Shown: one piece after another, positions 53,576 to 64,000 of the stretch | How the letters are laid out: every line of letters begins with the position of its first letter | Numbering within the stretch: the first letter of the stretch is position 1 | From: Octopus vulgaris | Lineage: Eukaryota | Assembly (NCBI GenBank): GCA_951406725.2 | Contig: OX597815.1 | Span: 81,468,001 to 81,532,000, forward strand | Length of the DNA stretch: 64,000 bases | Direction of reading: 5' to 3' | Position numbers and translations under genes: made by a program | Notes under the pieces: generated by a model | Database searches by the model: none | Told to the model about the DNA's origin: nothing | What the model saw: the letters and a program-made list of their open reading frames with translations, nothing else

Positions 53576-55135
53576 AAACGATAATAATAACAACAACACA
53601 GGCACAGGGATTGAAATTTTGGGAGGAGTTAACTGATTAAATTGAAGCTGGAACTTGAATGGTTCTTCATTTTATTCACCTTAGAGGAGCCAAAGGCAAC
53701 AAGCAATTGTTTCTAAAATAAAATTATATGGCCCAAAATTTTGGGGGAGCAAGTATTCAATTAAATCGATTAACAACCTCAATATTGATTTGTGTCATAA
53801 TTACAAGAAGGATGATGACAATAATGACGCCATCACCATCGATGGATGATGAAGAATTCGATGATGAATTTGGTTCGATTGAAAAATTAGAACAAATGAA
53901 AATAAATCTTTAACCACTGCAAAATTAATTTTAAAAACATCAATATAAAAACAATACAGGGAAAAAAAAGTCACCCCCCACAAAGAAATGAGAATAGAAT
54001 TGAATTGTGGGTTGATGTTTAATTGCAGAACCAAAGCTAATGAATTAATCAATTTTTTCTTTATCAATTTATTTACTTATGTTTTTTGTTTTTCTTGAGA
54101 ATCATGCAATACTTTTGTATCGTTCAGAATCAAAGATGGCAGCTTCTAAGATGAAAGATTTGTATTTTCTTTTATTTGTACAGTCATGAATAAGAAGTTC
54201 TTACTCTCTCTCTCCCTCGATCGCTCGCTCACTCTCTCTCTCCCTCTGCCCTCCACCTTTAATCTAGGATAGTTGCAGATTACAGTAATCATTGCAACTG
54301 GCCTAATCTGGATGCCTCTGCCTGTTCTGCATTCCAATTCTCAGAACTTCAACACGCATGTACACACACTTAAATACACAGATGCACATAGGCAGAGAAA
54401 TAAAATTCAAACTCATACACGAACACATGAACACACACACACATACATAATAACACAGCATACAAACATACACACATACAAAAAATACAGCAATTCATAG
54501 AGACAAACATAGCAATATATACACATATGTGCAAACATATATTCACACACATAGCTCAATGGCATGCTCATTAATAGCAATAAAGTGTACACACACACAC
54601 ACACAGAGCCAAAAGCATGCACATTAAAAGTATTAAATGACATACACATCCATTTGCAATCAAATTGATTATTACATCATAGCTTTCAGATGAGTATGCT
54701 AGTAGGTCAGTCCATAAATACTAGTGTGTCACTGCCTTCATAGTTTAGAGTTCCGAGTTCAATTCTGGGATTCACTCAGATAATTTTTTTTTTCTATTTT
54801 TTCATCTCTTCTTTGCTTATATCAGTGCAGGCATGGCAGTGTGGTTGTGAGGCTTGCTCCCCAAACTTGTAGTCTAAGGTTCAGTTCTGCTGTGTGGTAC
54901 TTCAGTACAAGTGTCTTCTACTATATCCTCAGGCCAACTAAAGCCTCGTCAATGGATTTGGTAGATGGAAGCTGAAAGAATTCTGTTGTGTGTGTGTGCA
55001 TATGTGTATATCGTGTGTACCCTTATCTTGAAATCATGTGATGGTGGCAAAATAAGCATCACCATCATATGAGCGATGTTGTTCCCTTCTAGTTTTCATG
55101 CAAAGCATATCAAAGGTGTAGAAAACTTGCCTTAA

Positions 55136-55354
55136 CCCTTTCGATACCAATCTGGTCAAAACCGCCTCTGGCTCTGTAGTAGAAATGTCTTGTCTTAAGT
55201 TTTGAATTAAAATCTTTCACCAAACTTTAGTCACAATTTGTGTTCCTAACACCAGACTAATGATAACTAAGTTATTTTACTAAATTCTTTGTCATATTCA
55301 AAATTAATTGAAAGATACACAGAGCATCTCAAAATAAATATGGTAACAAGAGGG
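55136..55354. mobile_element. piggyBac-like MITE (219 bp)
   Basis: TTAA|ccctttcgatacca ... tggtaacaagaggg|TTAA; 11/14 TIR match. Confidence 0.75.
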
Positions 55355-55559
55355 TTAAGGAATTCCTTTTAACCCATGCAAGCATCAAAAAGTGGATATG
55401 AACTGACAGTGACCGTGTGATGTTGCTGATGTTGCTGTTTCTGGAATGGCAAAAAACAGAAAAGACATCAAAGTCATTTGAATGTCAGCTAAGAATATTT
55501 TGCTTATAATTACTTCAACACTCACTATTGAAGGCTGAGTCCCAAATATACATATATGT

Positions 55560-55950
55560 GTTGATCTCTAACTGTGGAAGTTGTCTGTGGGAGACATGAG
55601 GGGCAATGTGGCAAAGGACCATCTTCAGATGTTGAGCCTCAAGGTGGTGATGACAAGTGATCGAGACTTTTCGCAATTTGCTGTGCTTGAGAAGAAAACA
55701 CGCGGAAGCTAAGTGTAAATTGTAGACATGGACAGTGCCAGCGAAAAGGCACTCGTGCCGGTGATATGTAAATGGCACCCATGCAGGTGAGACGTAAAGG
55801 GCACCTAATACACTCTTGGAGTGGTTGGCGTTAAGAAGAGCATCCAACTGTAGAAAACCAAGCCGAACCAGACAGTTCTGCAGCTTACCAGTTCTAGTTA
55901 AATCATCTAACCCATGTCAGCATAGAAAGAGGATGCTAGATGATGATGAT
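55560..55950 (+). mobile_element. Old RTE 3' end (ORF terminus, UTR and (GAT)n)
   Basis: cttcagatgttgagcctcaagg..atgacaagtgatcgagac..tttgctgtgcttgagaag, then the family A tail. Confidence 0.7.
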
Positions 55951-56022
55951 GGTTGTGTGGTTGAGAAGCTTGCTTCCAAACTGCATGATTTTGTCCCATT
56001 GACTGAATGAGGGTGCATGCAG

Positions 56023-56070
<48 letters not shown>

Positions 56071-56148
56071 CTGACTCTAAGTTCTTGAGAGGCCGGAACA
56101 AAAGACAATGAATGAGTAAAAGTAAGGGTATGAACATGTGATGGTTTA

Positions 56149-56248
56149 AGAAGGAAGGAAGGAAGGAAGGAAGAAAGGAAAGTAGGCAGGAAGGAAGGAA
56201 GGATAGATGGGTGGATGGATGGATAGATAGATAGAGAGAGAGAGAGAG

Positions 56249-56312
<64 letters not shown>
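56149..56312. repeat. Compound purine-rich microsatellite (GGAA)/(GGAT)/(AGAT)/(GA)
   Basis: Direct inspection. Confidence 0.9.
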
Positions 56313-56319
<7 letters not shown>

Positions 56320-56833
56320 GAAAGACACCTAGTCAAATTGACAGACAGGAAAACCCAACCAAAAAAGCATGATAGTCTACACCACTAAAACTGTAAAGAA
56401 ACATGGAATTAATTTGAATTTATCAAATTGGTTATCTCAAATTACAATGCATGAGATTTACTCTCGCTCACTTCATGTTACGGTTCTTATTGCTTTCATT
56501 TACTGCATTAAATGCAAACACACATGTTTGTTATGAGTGTCAGCAGAGATGTCAATAAATATAAATAGACGCTCAAATATATACACATATGAACATATAC
56601 ACATACACACAGAAGTGTACATGTACATATATCCATGTATCCATATGCCCCCCTGTTTAAACATACACGAGTGCGTGTATATATGTGCATGCGAGTATGC
56701 ACAAATCTCCACAATCACACACAAGTAAACAGCAATGCGTATGTTTGTATATCCCATTAAACAAAATGAACATACGTGCATGACTGACTGAATATATACA
56801 TACATACATATACACACACATATATATATATAT

Positions 56834-58177
56834 GTAGACTTGGAGAAAGCCTTTGACAGGGTTCCCCGTTCCCTTATCTGGTGGTCGATGCGGAAACTGG
56901 AGATTGAAGAATGGCTAATAAGGGCTGTACAGGCTCTATACAGAGAGGCTGTCAGCAAGGTTAGGATTGGCAACGAATATAGTGAAGAATTCCGAGTAGA
57001 AGTAGGTGTGCACCAGGGCTCAGCCCTCAGTCCCCTTTTATTCATCATAGTCCTTCAGGCAATAACAGAGGAATTCAAAACGGGATGCCCCTGGGAGCTC
57101 CTCTATGCCGATGACCTAGCTCTCATAGCAGAATCACTACCGGAACTAGAAGAGAAATTTCGGGTGTGGAAGCAAGGGTTGGAATCAAAGGGCCTTAGAA
57201 TAAATGTAGCAAAGACCAAAGTATTAGTAAGCAGCAAGAGGTACTCAGCACACATCCCCTCGGGTAGGTGGCCCTGCTCAACCTGTAGGAAAGGTACAGG
57301 TAGAAACTCCATAAGATGCACCCAATGTAAGTTATGGACACATAAGAGGTGCAGCAACATTAAAGGGAAATTAACAGATAAGATAGCTTTCATGTGCGGC
57401 AGATGCACAGGGACAATAGACACAACAGACACTCAGAAAACAGATTCCATCACACTCCAGGGAGAGAAACTAGAAGTAGTTGATAGTTTCCGCTACCTGG
57501 GAGACCAAGTTAGTAGCGGAGGTGGATGCACAGAGAGTATCACCACTAGAATACGAATAGCCTGGGCAAAGTTCAGAAAGCTCCTACCCCTACTGGCAAC
57601 AAAAGGTCTCTCCCTCAGAGCAAAAGGTAGATTGTATGATGCATGTGTGCGAACTGCCATGCTTCACGGTAATTAAACATGGGCTGTGACTGCAGAAGAC
57701 ATGCGTAGACTTGAAAGAAATGAAGCTAGCATGATCCGCTGGATGTGTAGTGTCAGTGTGCACGCAAAACAGAGTGTAAGTATCCTGAGAGAAATGCTGG
57801 ATATAAGAAGCATCAGATGTGATGTGCAAGAGCGACGCTTGCGATGGTATGGTCATGTGCTGCGGATGGATGAAGAGAGATGTGTGAAGAAGTGCCACTC
57901 CCAAACAGTTGAAGGTATCAGGGGGAGAGGTAGACCCAGGAAGACATGGGATGAGGTGGTCAAGCATGACCTCAGAGCATTGGGCCTCACTGAGGCAATG
58001 GCGAAGGACCGAGATCTCTGGAGATATGCTGTGACTACAAAGACCCGGGCTGCTTTCTGCAGCAATTCCACATACCCCCTACCCATTCTAAGTACCCCGG
58101 ATCCCCAAAGTACCCTGGATCCCCAAAGTACCCCGATCCCCAAAGTACCCCGGACCTCGTTGCCCCCGTGCCGCTGA
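56834..58177 (+). pseudogene. RTE reverse transcriptase (partial) with a single in-frame stop
   Basis: VDLEKAFDRV, GVHQGSALSPLLF, LLYADDL, FRYLG, RLRWYGHVLR, RGRGRPRKTW; ORFs 56840-57676 and 57686-58177 share a frame and are separated by TAA at 57674-57676. Confidence 0.95.
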
Positions 58178-58415
58178 CACGTTAAAATGCTCGAACCGAT
58201 CGTGACGATGCCGGACCCTCCGGCCCCTGTGCAGGTGGCACGTAAAAAGCACCCAATCCACTCACGGAGTGGTTGGCGTTAGGAAGGGCATCCAGCCGTA
58301 GAAACTCTGCCAGATTCAGACTGGAGCCTGGAGCGGCCCCTGGCTTCCCAGACCCGGTCAAACCGTCCAACCCGTGCTAGCGCGGAAAGCGGACGTTAAA
58401 CGATGATGATGATGA
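56834..58415 (+). mobile_element. Young 5'-truncated RTE-clade LINE inserted in (TA)n
   Basis: RT region, 3' UTR and (GAT)n tail; (TA)n on both flanks. Confidence 0.95.
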
Positions 58416-58435
58416 TATATATATAAAGCATTACA

Positions 58436-58527
58436 TTATATAATTAGGGTTCAGTAAAAAAAATTTACTTTACCACACACCGGTGTGTGGTAAAGTAAAT
58501 TTTTTTTACTGAACCCTAATTATATAA
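58436..58527. repeat. Perfect 92-bp palindrome with no spacer
   Basis: 46-bp arms centred on acc|ggt. Confidence 0.95.
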
Positions 58528-58679
58528 CGCAATGTTTTAAATATACCATAAATGGTCTTTTTACATACTGAACACTACTTGGTAAAATTATTAATTAATA
58601 ATTAAATAATTAATTAATTTTACCCTTTTATTATTGACTATATATATATATAATTATATACATAATTATAACAAAGTGA

Positions 58680-59439
58680 ACAGCCCCACCACCAATACCG
58701 GTGAACACTTCTCACCCCCACCACCAATACCGGTGAACACTTCTCACCCCCACCAGCAATACCGGTAAACACTTCTCACCACCAATACCGGTGAACACTT
58801 CTCACCATCTACACCGGATATGCCCTCCTCCCTCCTCCTCCCCCACGTGTGTCTCTCTCTCCTACCCCTCCTTCACATATGCTTTCACTGTGTACTACCC
58901 CTTCCCCCCACCAAGTCAAGCTGCTAGTACCGCAGCTCATTAACTGCCCCACTGATCTTATGTTACCTCCTGTTTAGAATCTGGCACTGCCTCAATCCGA
59001 CCATCTCCTTCCAGGCCCCCTCCCTGTCTCGTGATATCCTACGTTTTTATTTCTTCTGCACCAACCCTTTCCTTGTCATCGTTCCTCCTTACCCAACCTT
59101 CCCCACTGGTGCTTCCCTTTATTACCTGCACCCCCCCACTATCTCTCCCTCTCTTTCCACTGGTGGAACCTTTCTCAGCTAGACCCCCCCAACTCAACTC
59201 TAGAAAAAGCTCGAACCGATCGTGACCGATGCCGGACCCCCGGCCCCTGTGCAGGTGGCACGTAAAAAGCACCCAATCCACTCGCGGAGTGGTTGGCGTT
59301 AGGAAGGGCATCCAGCCGTAGAAACTCTGCCAGATCAGACTGGAGCCTGGAGAGGCCTCTGGCTTCCCAGACCCCGGTCAAACCGTCCAACCCGTGCTAG
59401 CGCGGAAAACGGACGTTAAACGATGATGATGATGATGAT
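58680..59439 (+). mobile_element. Element with the RTE 3' tail and a non-coding pyrimidine-rich 5' part
   Basis: 59208-59439 is nearly identical to 58189-58415; the upstream part shows no similarity to the RTE ORF. Confidence 0.7.
58685..58806 (+). repeat. Minisatellite, about 4 copies of caccaataccggtgaacacttctcacc
   Basis: Direct inspection. Confidence 0.9.
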
Positions 59440-59683
59440 TGGCTATAAACCTCTCCACACACTACAAATAGCTGCCAAAAGACGCAAATACCACCTTAAA
59501 AACTCCAAAGAATAAGGAGGTATTAGCATCTTTTGGTGTCTATTTCTAGCACTTGGAGAGGAAAGCCTATACTTTGTTATAATTATGTATATATTATAAT
59601 ATTTGTAATAATCACCTATAAGGATTTTATTTCTGTGCTGACCCTTCAGTAAATTCATTAATGATTTTTACCCTTTATTATAA

Positions 59684-60754
59684 TCATCATCATCATCATC
59701 ATCATTTAACGTCCGCTTTCCATGCTAGCATGGGTTGGACGGTTCAACTGGGGTCTGGGGAGCCCGAAAGCTGCACCAGTCCAGTCAGATCTGGCAGTGT
59801 TTCTACAGCTGGATGCCCTTCCTAACGCCAACCACTCCGAGAGTGTAGTGGGTGATTTTATGTGCCACCGACACAGGTGCCAGACGAGGCTGGCAAACGG
59901 CCACGCTCGGATGGTGTTTTTATGTGCCACCGACACAGGTGCCAGACGAGGCTGGCAGACGGCCACGCTCGGATGGTGTTTTTATGTGCCACCGACACAG
60001 GTGCCAGATGAGGCTGGCAAACGGCCACGATCGGATGGTGCTTGTTACGTGCCCACAGCACGGAGGCCAGTCGATGCGGTACTGGCTACGGCCACGTTCG
60101 GATGGTTTTCTTGTGTGCCACGTGCCACCGGCACTGGTACCACAAAGATACAAATTCCATTGATGTTCATCTATTTTGATTTGTTTTGATTTTCACTTGC
60201 CTCAACAGGTCTTCACAAGTGTCACAAGAAGGAAGGTATGCACAGGTGGACTGACTACGTCCCAGGTAGGGGCCATGGGTTATGGCCTGACTAGTCTTGC
60301 CGGGTCTTCGGATGGTGTTTTTATGTGCCACCGACACAGGTGCTAGATGAGGCTAGCGAATGGCCACGATCGGATGGTGTTTGTCATGTGCCCACAGCAC
60401 GGAGGCCAGTCGATGCGGTACTGGCTACGGCCACTTTCGGATGGTTTTCTCTTGTGTGCCACCGGCACTGGTACCACAAAGATACAAATTCCATTGATGT
60501 TCATCTATTTTGATTTGTTTTGATTTGATTTTGATTTTCACTTGCCTCAACAGGCCTTCACAAGTATCACAAGGAGGAAGGTATGCACAGGTGGACTGAC
60601 TACGTCCCAGGTAGGGGCCATGGTTTATGGCCTGACTAGTCTTGCCGGGTCTTCGGATGGTGTTTTTATGTGCCACCGACACAGGTGCTAGATGAGGCTG
60701 GCGAACGGCCACGATTGGATGGTGTTTGTTGTGCCCACAGCACGATGGCCAGTG

Positions 60755-60755
<1 letters not shown>
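59684..60755 (-). mobile_element. RTE 3' UTR copy with nested tandem duplications
   Basis: ~61-bp unit repeated three times (59850-60030) and a ~340-bp unit repeated about 2.3 times (59970-60755). Confidence 0.9.
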
Positions 60756-60821
<66 letters not shown>

Positions 60822-60849
60822 CACATGTATATATACATCTTTATCTTTT

Positions 60850-61234
60850 ATTTGTTTGTCATTAGACTGCAATCCTGCTGGGGCACTGCCTTGAAATTTT
60901 AATTGAATGAATCGACCTCAGAACTTTTTTTTTATTATTCTATCGGTCTCTTTTGCCAAACTGCTAAGTTACGGGGATGTAAACACACGAGTATCAATTG
61001 TCAAGCGGTGAGGTGGGGGCAACAAACACAGACGCAAATACACACACACACACACTCACATACAGCCCAATATATATACACATATAAACAATGGGCTTCT
61101 TTCAGTTTCCGTCTACCAAATCCACCCACAAGGTTTTGGTCGGCCCAAGACTATAGCAGAAGGTGCTACTCAGTGGGACTGAACCCTGAACCATTTGGTT
61201 GGGAAGTGAGCTTCTAACCACACAGCCACGCCTG

Positions 61235-61235
<1 letters not shown>
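60850..61235 (-). mobile_element. SINE family B
   Basis: Colinear with 22708-23117. Confidence 0.8.
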
Positions 61236-61267
<32 letters not shown>

Positions 61268-61275
61268 TTATTGTT

Positions 61276-61385
61276 CTTAAACAAGAATGTTGTTGACGGT
61301 GACTACTCAGGTTTCAGCCAGCTAAGCCAATGACCTTGTGGGCCAAAACTTCAAAGTCGCTGTCAACAACATTCTTGTTTAAGAA
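61276..61385. repeat. Foldback with ~30-bp arms
   Basis: tcttaaacaagaatgttgttgac(g)g(t)gact / agtcgctgtcaacaacattcttgtttaaga. Confidence 0.85.
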
Positions 61386-61637
61386 TTATGAATTGTACTG
61401 TACAAAAGTATAGCGTAATCCATCTGGTTAATGTAAAAAAAAATCTTTATTATAGCCAAACAGAAAAACAAACAATAATTTTTATATATGTGTGTGTGTT
61501 TGTGTGTTTAAAAGAAGAGGAATGAATATAAAAATACATTACTTAGAATATATCGTAAACAATTCAAAAAATTATTTACGAATATACCAGTGGCTGGACA
61601 TGCAATCCAAAATTTATTTCAACAAAGAAGAGTATAT

Positions 61638-61810
61638 AATTGTGAATAAATCACAATTATAACGAGGAGGGTTATAAAAAAAACCTTACATGCCCAGAAA
61701 TAGCAGTCAAAACTCCTAAAAAGCCACTATAATCACTCATATTTAATCTCCTCTCAGCATGTAAGGGTTTTTATAACCCTCCCTGTTATAACTGTGATTT
61801 ATACACATTT
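61638..61810. repeat. Foldback with ~60-bp imperfect arms
   Basis: ataaatcacaattataacgaggagggttataaaaaaaaccttacatgc / gcatgtaagggtttttataaccctccctgttataactgtgatttat. Confidence 0.8.
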
Positions 61811-61820
61811 ACATTATCTT

Positions 61821-61855
<35 letters not shown>

Positions 61856-62140
61856 CACAAGTGAATCGTTGGCAATTTTCTTCCTCTGTCTTCCTTTCTA
61901 CTGGACTTTCCTCTGTTTCTAAAGAAGAGCATTGCTCGAAACTTTAAACCATCTTTCTTTCCTTCCCTGAGTGTCTTGCTGATGCTATACATGTACCACG
62001 TCCTCGCATTCTTGTTCTTTTTTGAGATTTACTACACACTCACACACACAAATATACGAGACAATGGAAATTGACAAAACTGATTGACTGGTCAGCATGG
62101 GGAATTCTTGATCAGTGCTTTTCAGGCAATTATAGTCCCC

Positions 62141-62400
62141 ATCATCATTATTTAACATCCACTTTCTGGCATGGGTTGGACAGTTTGACTAAGAACTGGC
62201 AAGCCAAGAGGCTGCACCAGGCCCCAATCTAATCTGTCGTGGTTTCTGCTGTTAGATGCCCTTCCTAACACCAACCACTCCAAGAGTGTAGTGGGTGCTT
62301 TTTTACGTGCCACCAGCATGAGGGCCAGTCAGGCAGCACTGGCATCAACCACACTTGAATGATACTTTTTATGTGCCACTGGCATGGGAGCCAGTTAGGC
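62141..62400 (-). mobile_element. RTE 3'-tail copy (family A)
   Basis: tttaacatccactttc...gatgcccttcctaacaccaaccactcc. Confidence 0.8.
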
Positions 62401-63049
62401 AACACTAACAATTATGCGCATATAAGTTACTTGAAATATGTTTATGACATTTCAACTGCTAAAAGGCAAATACACTGCGGTTACCATGGACAAAATAACT
62501 CTCTTGTGGTAAAAAGGTGTGAAGACATCCAGTCTGTTCAGTGTCACCATCTATCAGGAACTCCAGACATTTATGTTTGAGTTTGTTGGCTGTTGTCAAT
62601 GGGATGTATCTAAGAGAGGCAACTCTGAACAAACTCATAAAGCAATAACCTTATGCACTAGTCAACGTTGTTGACTGATTTGCACTGGTAGATCACCTGA
62701 TCGAAGAAAATAATGAAATGTTAGCACCAAACAGTGTTTAAGCATAAGCAAAATTGAGGTTAGTTAAAATATTTTTGTATATGTATGACTGTATATACAA
62801 GATATATTACAAACAATGCACCTACAAGGAACCTATAAAACTTTCCATTAATCTCCCTTATAAACTCATGGCATTTGTACATATATGAAGATACAAACAC
62901 ACCATAAGCAAGGAGCTCTAAGTAATGTTTATAAAAACATATTAACACTAAACATGTCTGAGTGTGAATATGTGTGTATGTGCACACATGTATACACATA
63001 AACATAGATAAATATGTGCATATTAAAAAGAGAGAGTTATGCAATGTTT

Positions 63050-64000
63050 TATCAGTGAGAAGTGGAAGGTTAAAAAATCTGATGGAATCCCATCAGATAG
63101 TTGGAAGAATGGGGTCACAGCATTGCATACTAAACTCCATACAACACAAAATACCACAGAATCTCCATGATGAGGTCATCATCATCATCATCATCACACT
63201 GTGCAAGAGTTAAAAGGAGAAAAGTTTGATTCTGTCAACTACCAAAGAATAACTAGGTGTTTAATTGCAGGTAAAATTCTCCCAAGTGCACTTGTGAACA
63301 GACAGTTGCCCATCACAGTAAAGGACCAACAGGAGCACTTTCAATAAGCTATTAGTAATCTGGACACTCAGAGAGAAATGTAGGGAAGAGAAAGGGAGAA
63401 GAATGCCTTTGCAACTGTGAGCAAAATAGATTTGTTGTAAATCATTTGCTGAGTAAGACATCCCCAAAATTCCTCAGCATCATCATTCAGCTACATAAGG
63501 ATCACTGTAACAAAGTCAGATGGTAAAAATTCCCAGAGCTTTTCCCAATGTACAAGCAAGGCTGCATTTTCAATATATAAAGACCTTTCCCAATATATAA
63601 AGTAAGGCTGCATTCTTGCACTGCGTCTTTTCCCCTCTTTAGCTGTATGATGTGAGTAAGGGCAAAAGAATATTTTGACAAAAAGTACAATGTTTACATC
63701 CAATAGTATACTAATGGCAGGCTGTTCTATCTAAGGTTACTATATAGTTTTATGCCAAGACACTGAAACAATACACCAAACTGTCAACAATGCTGCTTTT
63801 GTTGCCCACAGACACAACCCTGCAGTGTAAACATCCTCCTTTGCACAAGATGCTGAGCTCTTCATATTTGAAATCAGCCTGAAGACAGAAGTACTCCGCA
63901 GCCCTATACCACAGGAAGATTACCACCCTCCCTGCATCGTATTGTCAGGACATAACTGAAGACAGACCACCTGTTCAGTTTCCTGTGGTGCACCATCTCA
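63050..64000 (+). pseudogene. Old BovB/RTE-type LINE RT region, heavily decayed, running off the window end
   Basis: Across frameshifts: DGIPSDSWKNGVTALHTKLH; KGEKFDSVNYQRIT..IAGKIL; LREKCREE; PKFLSIIIQLH; AAFVAH; SSFAQDAELFIFEISLKTEVLRSPIPQEDYHPP. Confidence 0.85.

Noticed and set aside
57103-57967. Minus-strand ORFs of 109 and 125 aa
   Set aside because: They are antisense shadows of the RTE RT frame
59850-60030. CRISPR-like regularly spaced repeats (also 58685-58806)
   Set aside because: The units are contiguous tandem copies with no unique spacers, there are no cas genes, and the context is eukaryotic
59706-60513. ORFs of 60-155 aa with the recurring peptide FLQLDALPNANHS (also at 12776, 18663, 37238 and 41132)
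   Set aside because: They are antisense translations of the non-coding RTE 3' UTR; the recurrence reflects repeat copy number

Overview
This is an AT-rich eukaryotic window with very dense microsatellites and no supportable host protein-coding exon, so it is probably a large intron or gene desert. The repeat families and simple-repeat load suggest an octopus (coleoid cephalopod) genome; that is an inference. Almost all ORF-track entries are translations of (TA)n/(CA)n/(GAT)n or SINE sequence. All recognisable coding remnants derive from transposons: a young 5'-truncated RTE LINE with one stop codon and a PHD finger inside its RT (56834-58415), an older BovB-like RTE (63050-64000), an RTE endonuclease fragment, an R4/Dong RLE fragment sitting in a (TAA)n tract, a Ty3/Gypsy gag-protease-LTR deletion derivative, and a Tigger element. 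At least four tRNA-derived SINE families, many RTE 3'-tail copies and several MITEs (hAT, piggyBac-like, Kolobok-like) fill the rest. The most interesting signal not explained by standard annotation is a dispersed set of hammerhead-ribozyme-like motifs. One is nearly canonical (17170-17230, minus strand) and two form an inverted pair (17910-17999). They lie in short (TA)n-embedded, often foldback elements that look Penelope/retrozyme-like. Repeat boundaries were read by eye and are approximate unless a TSD or TIR is quoted. SINE family labels (B-E) are my own.
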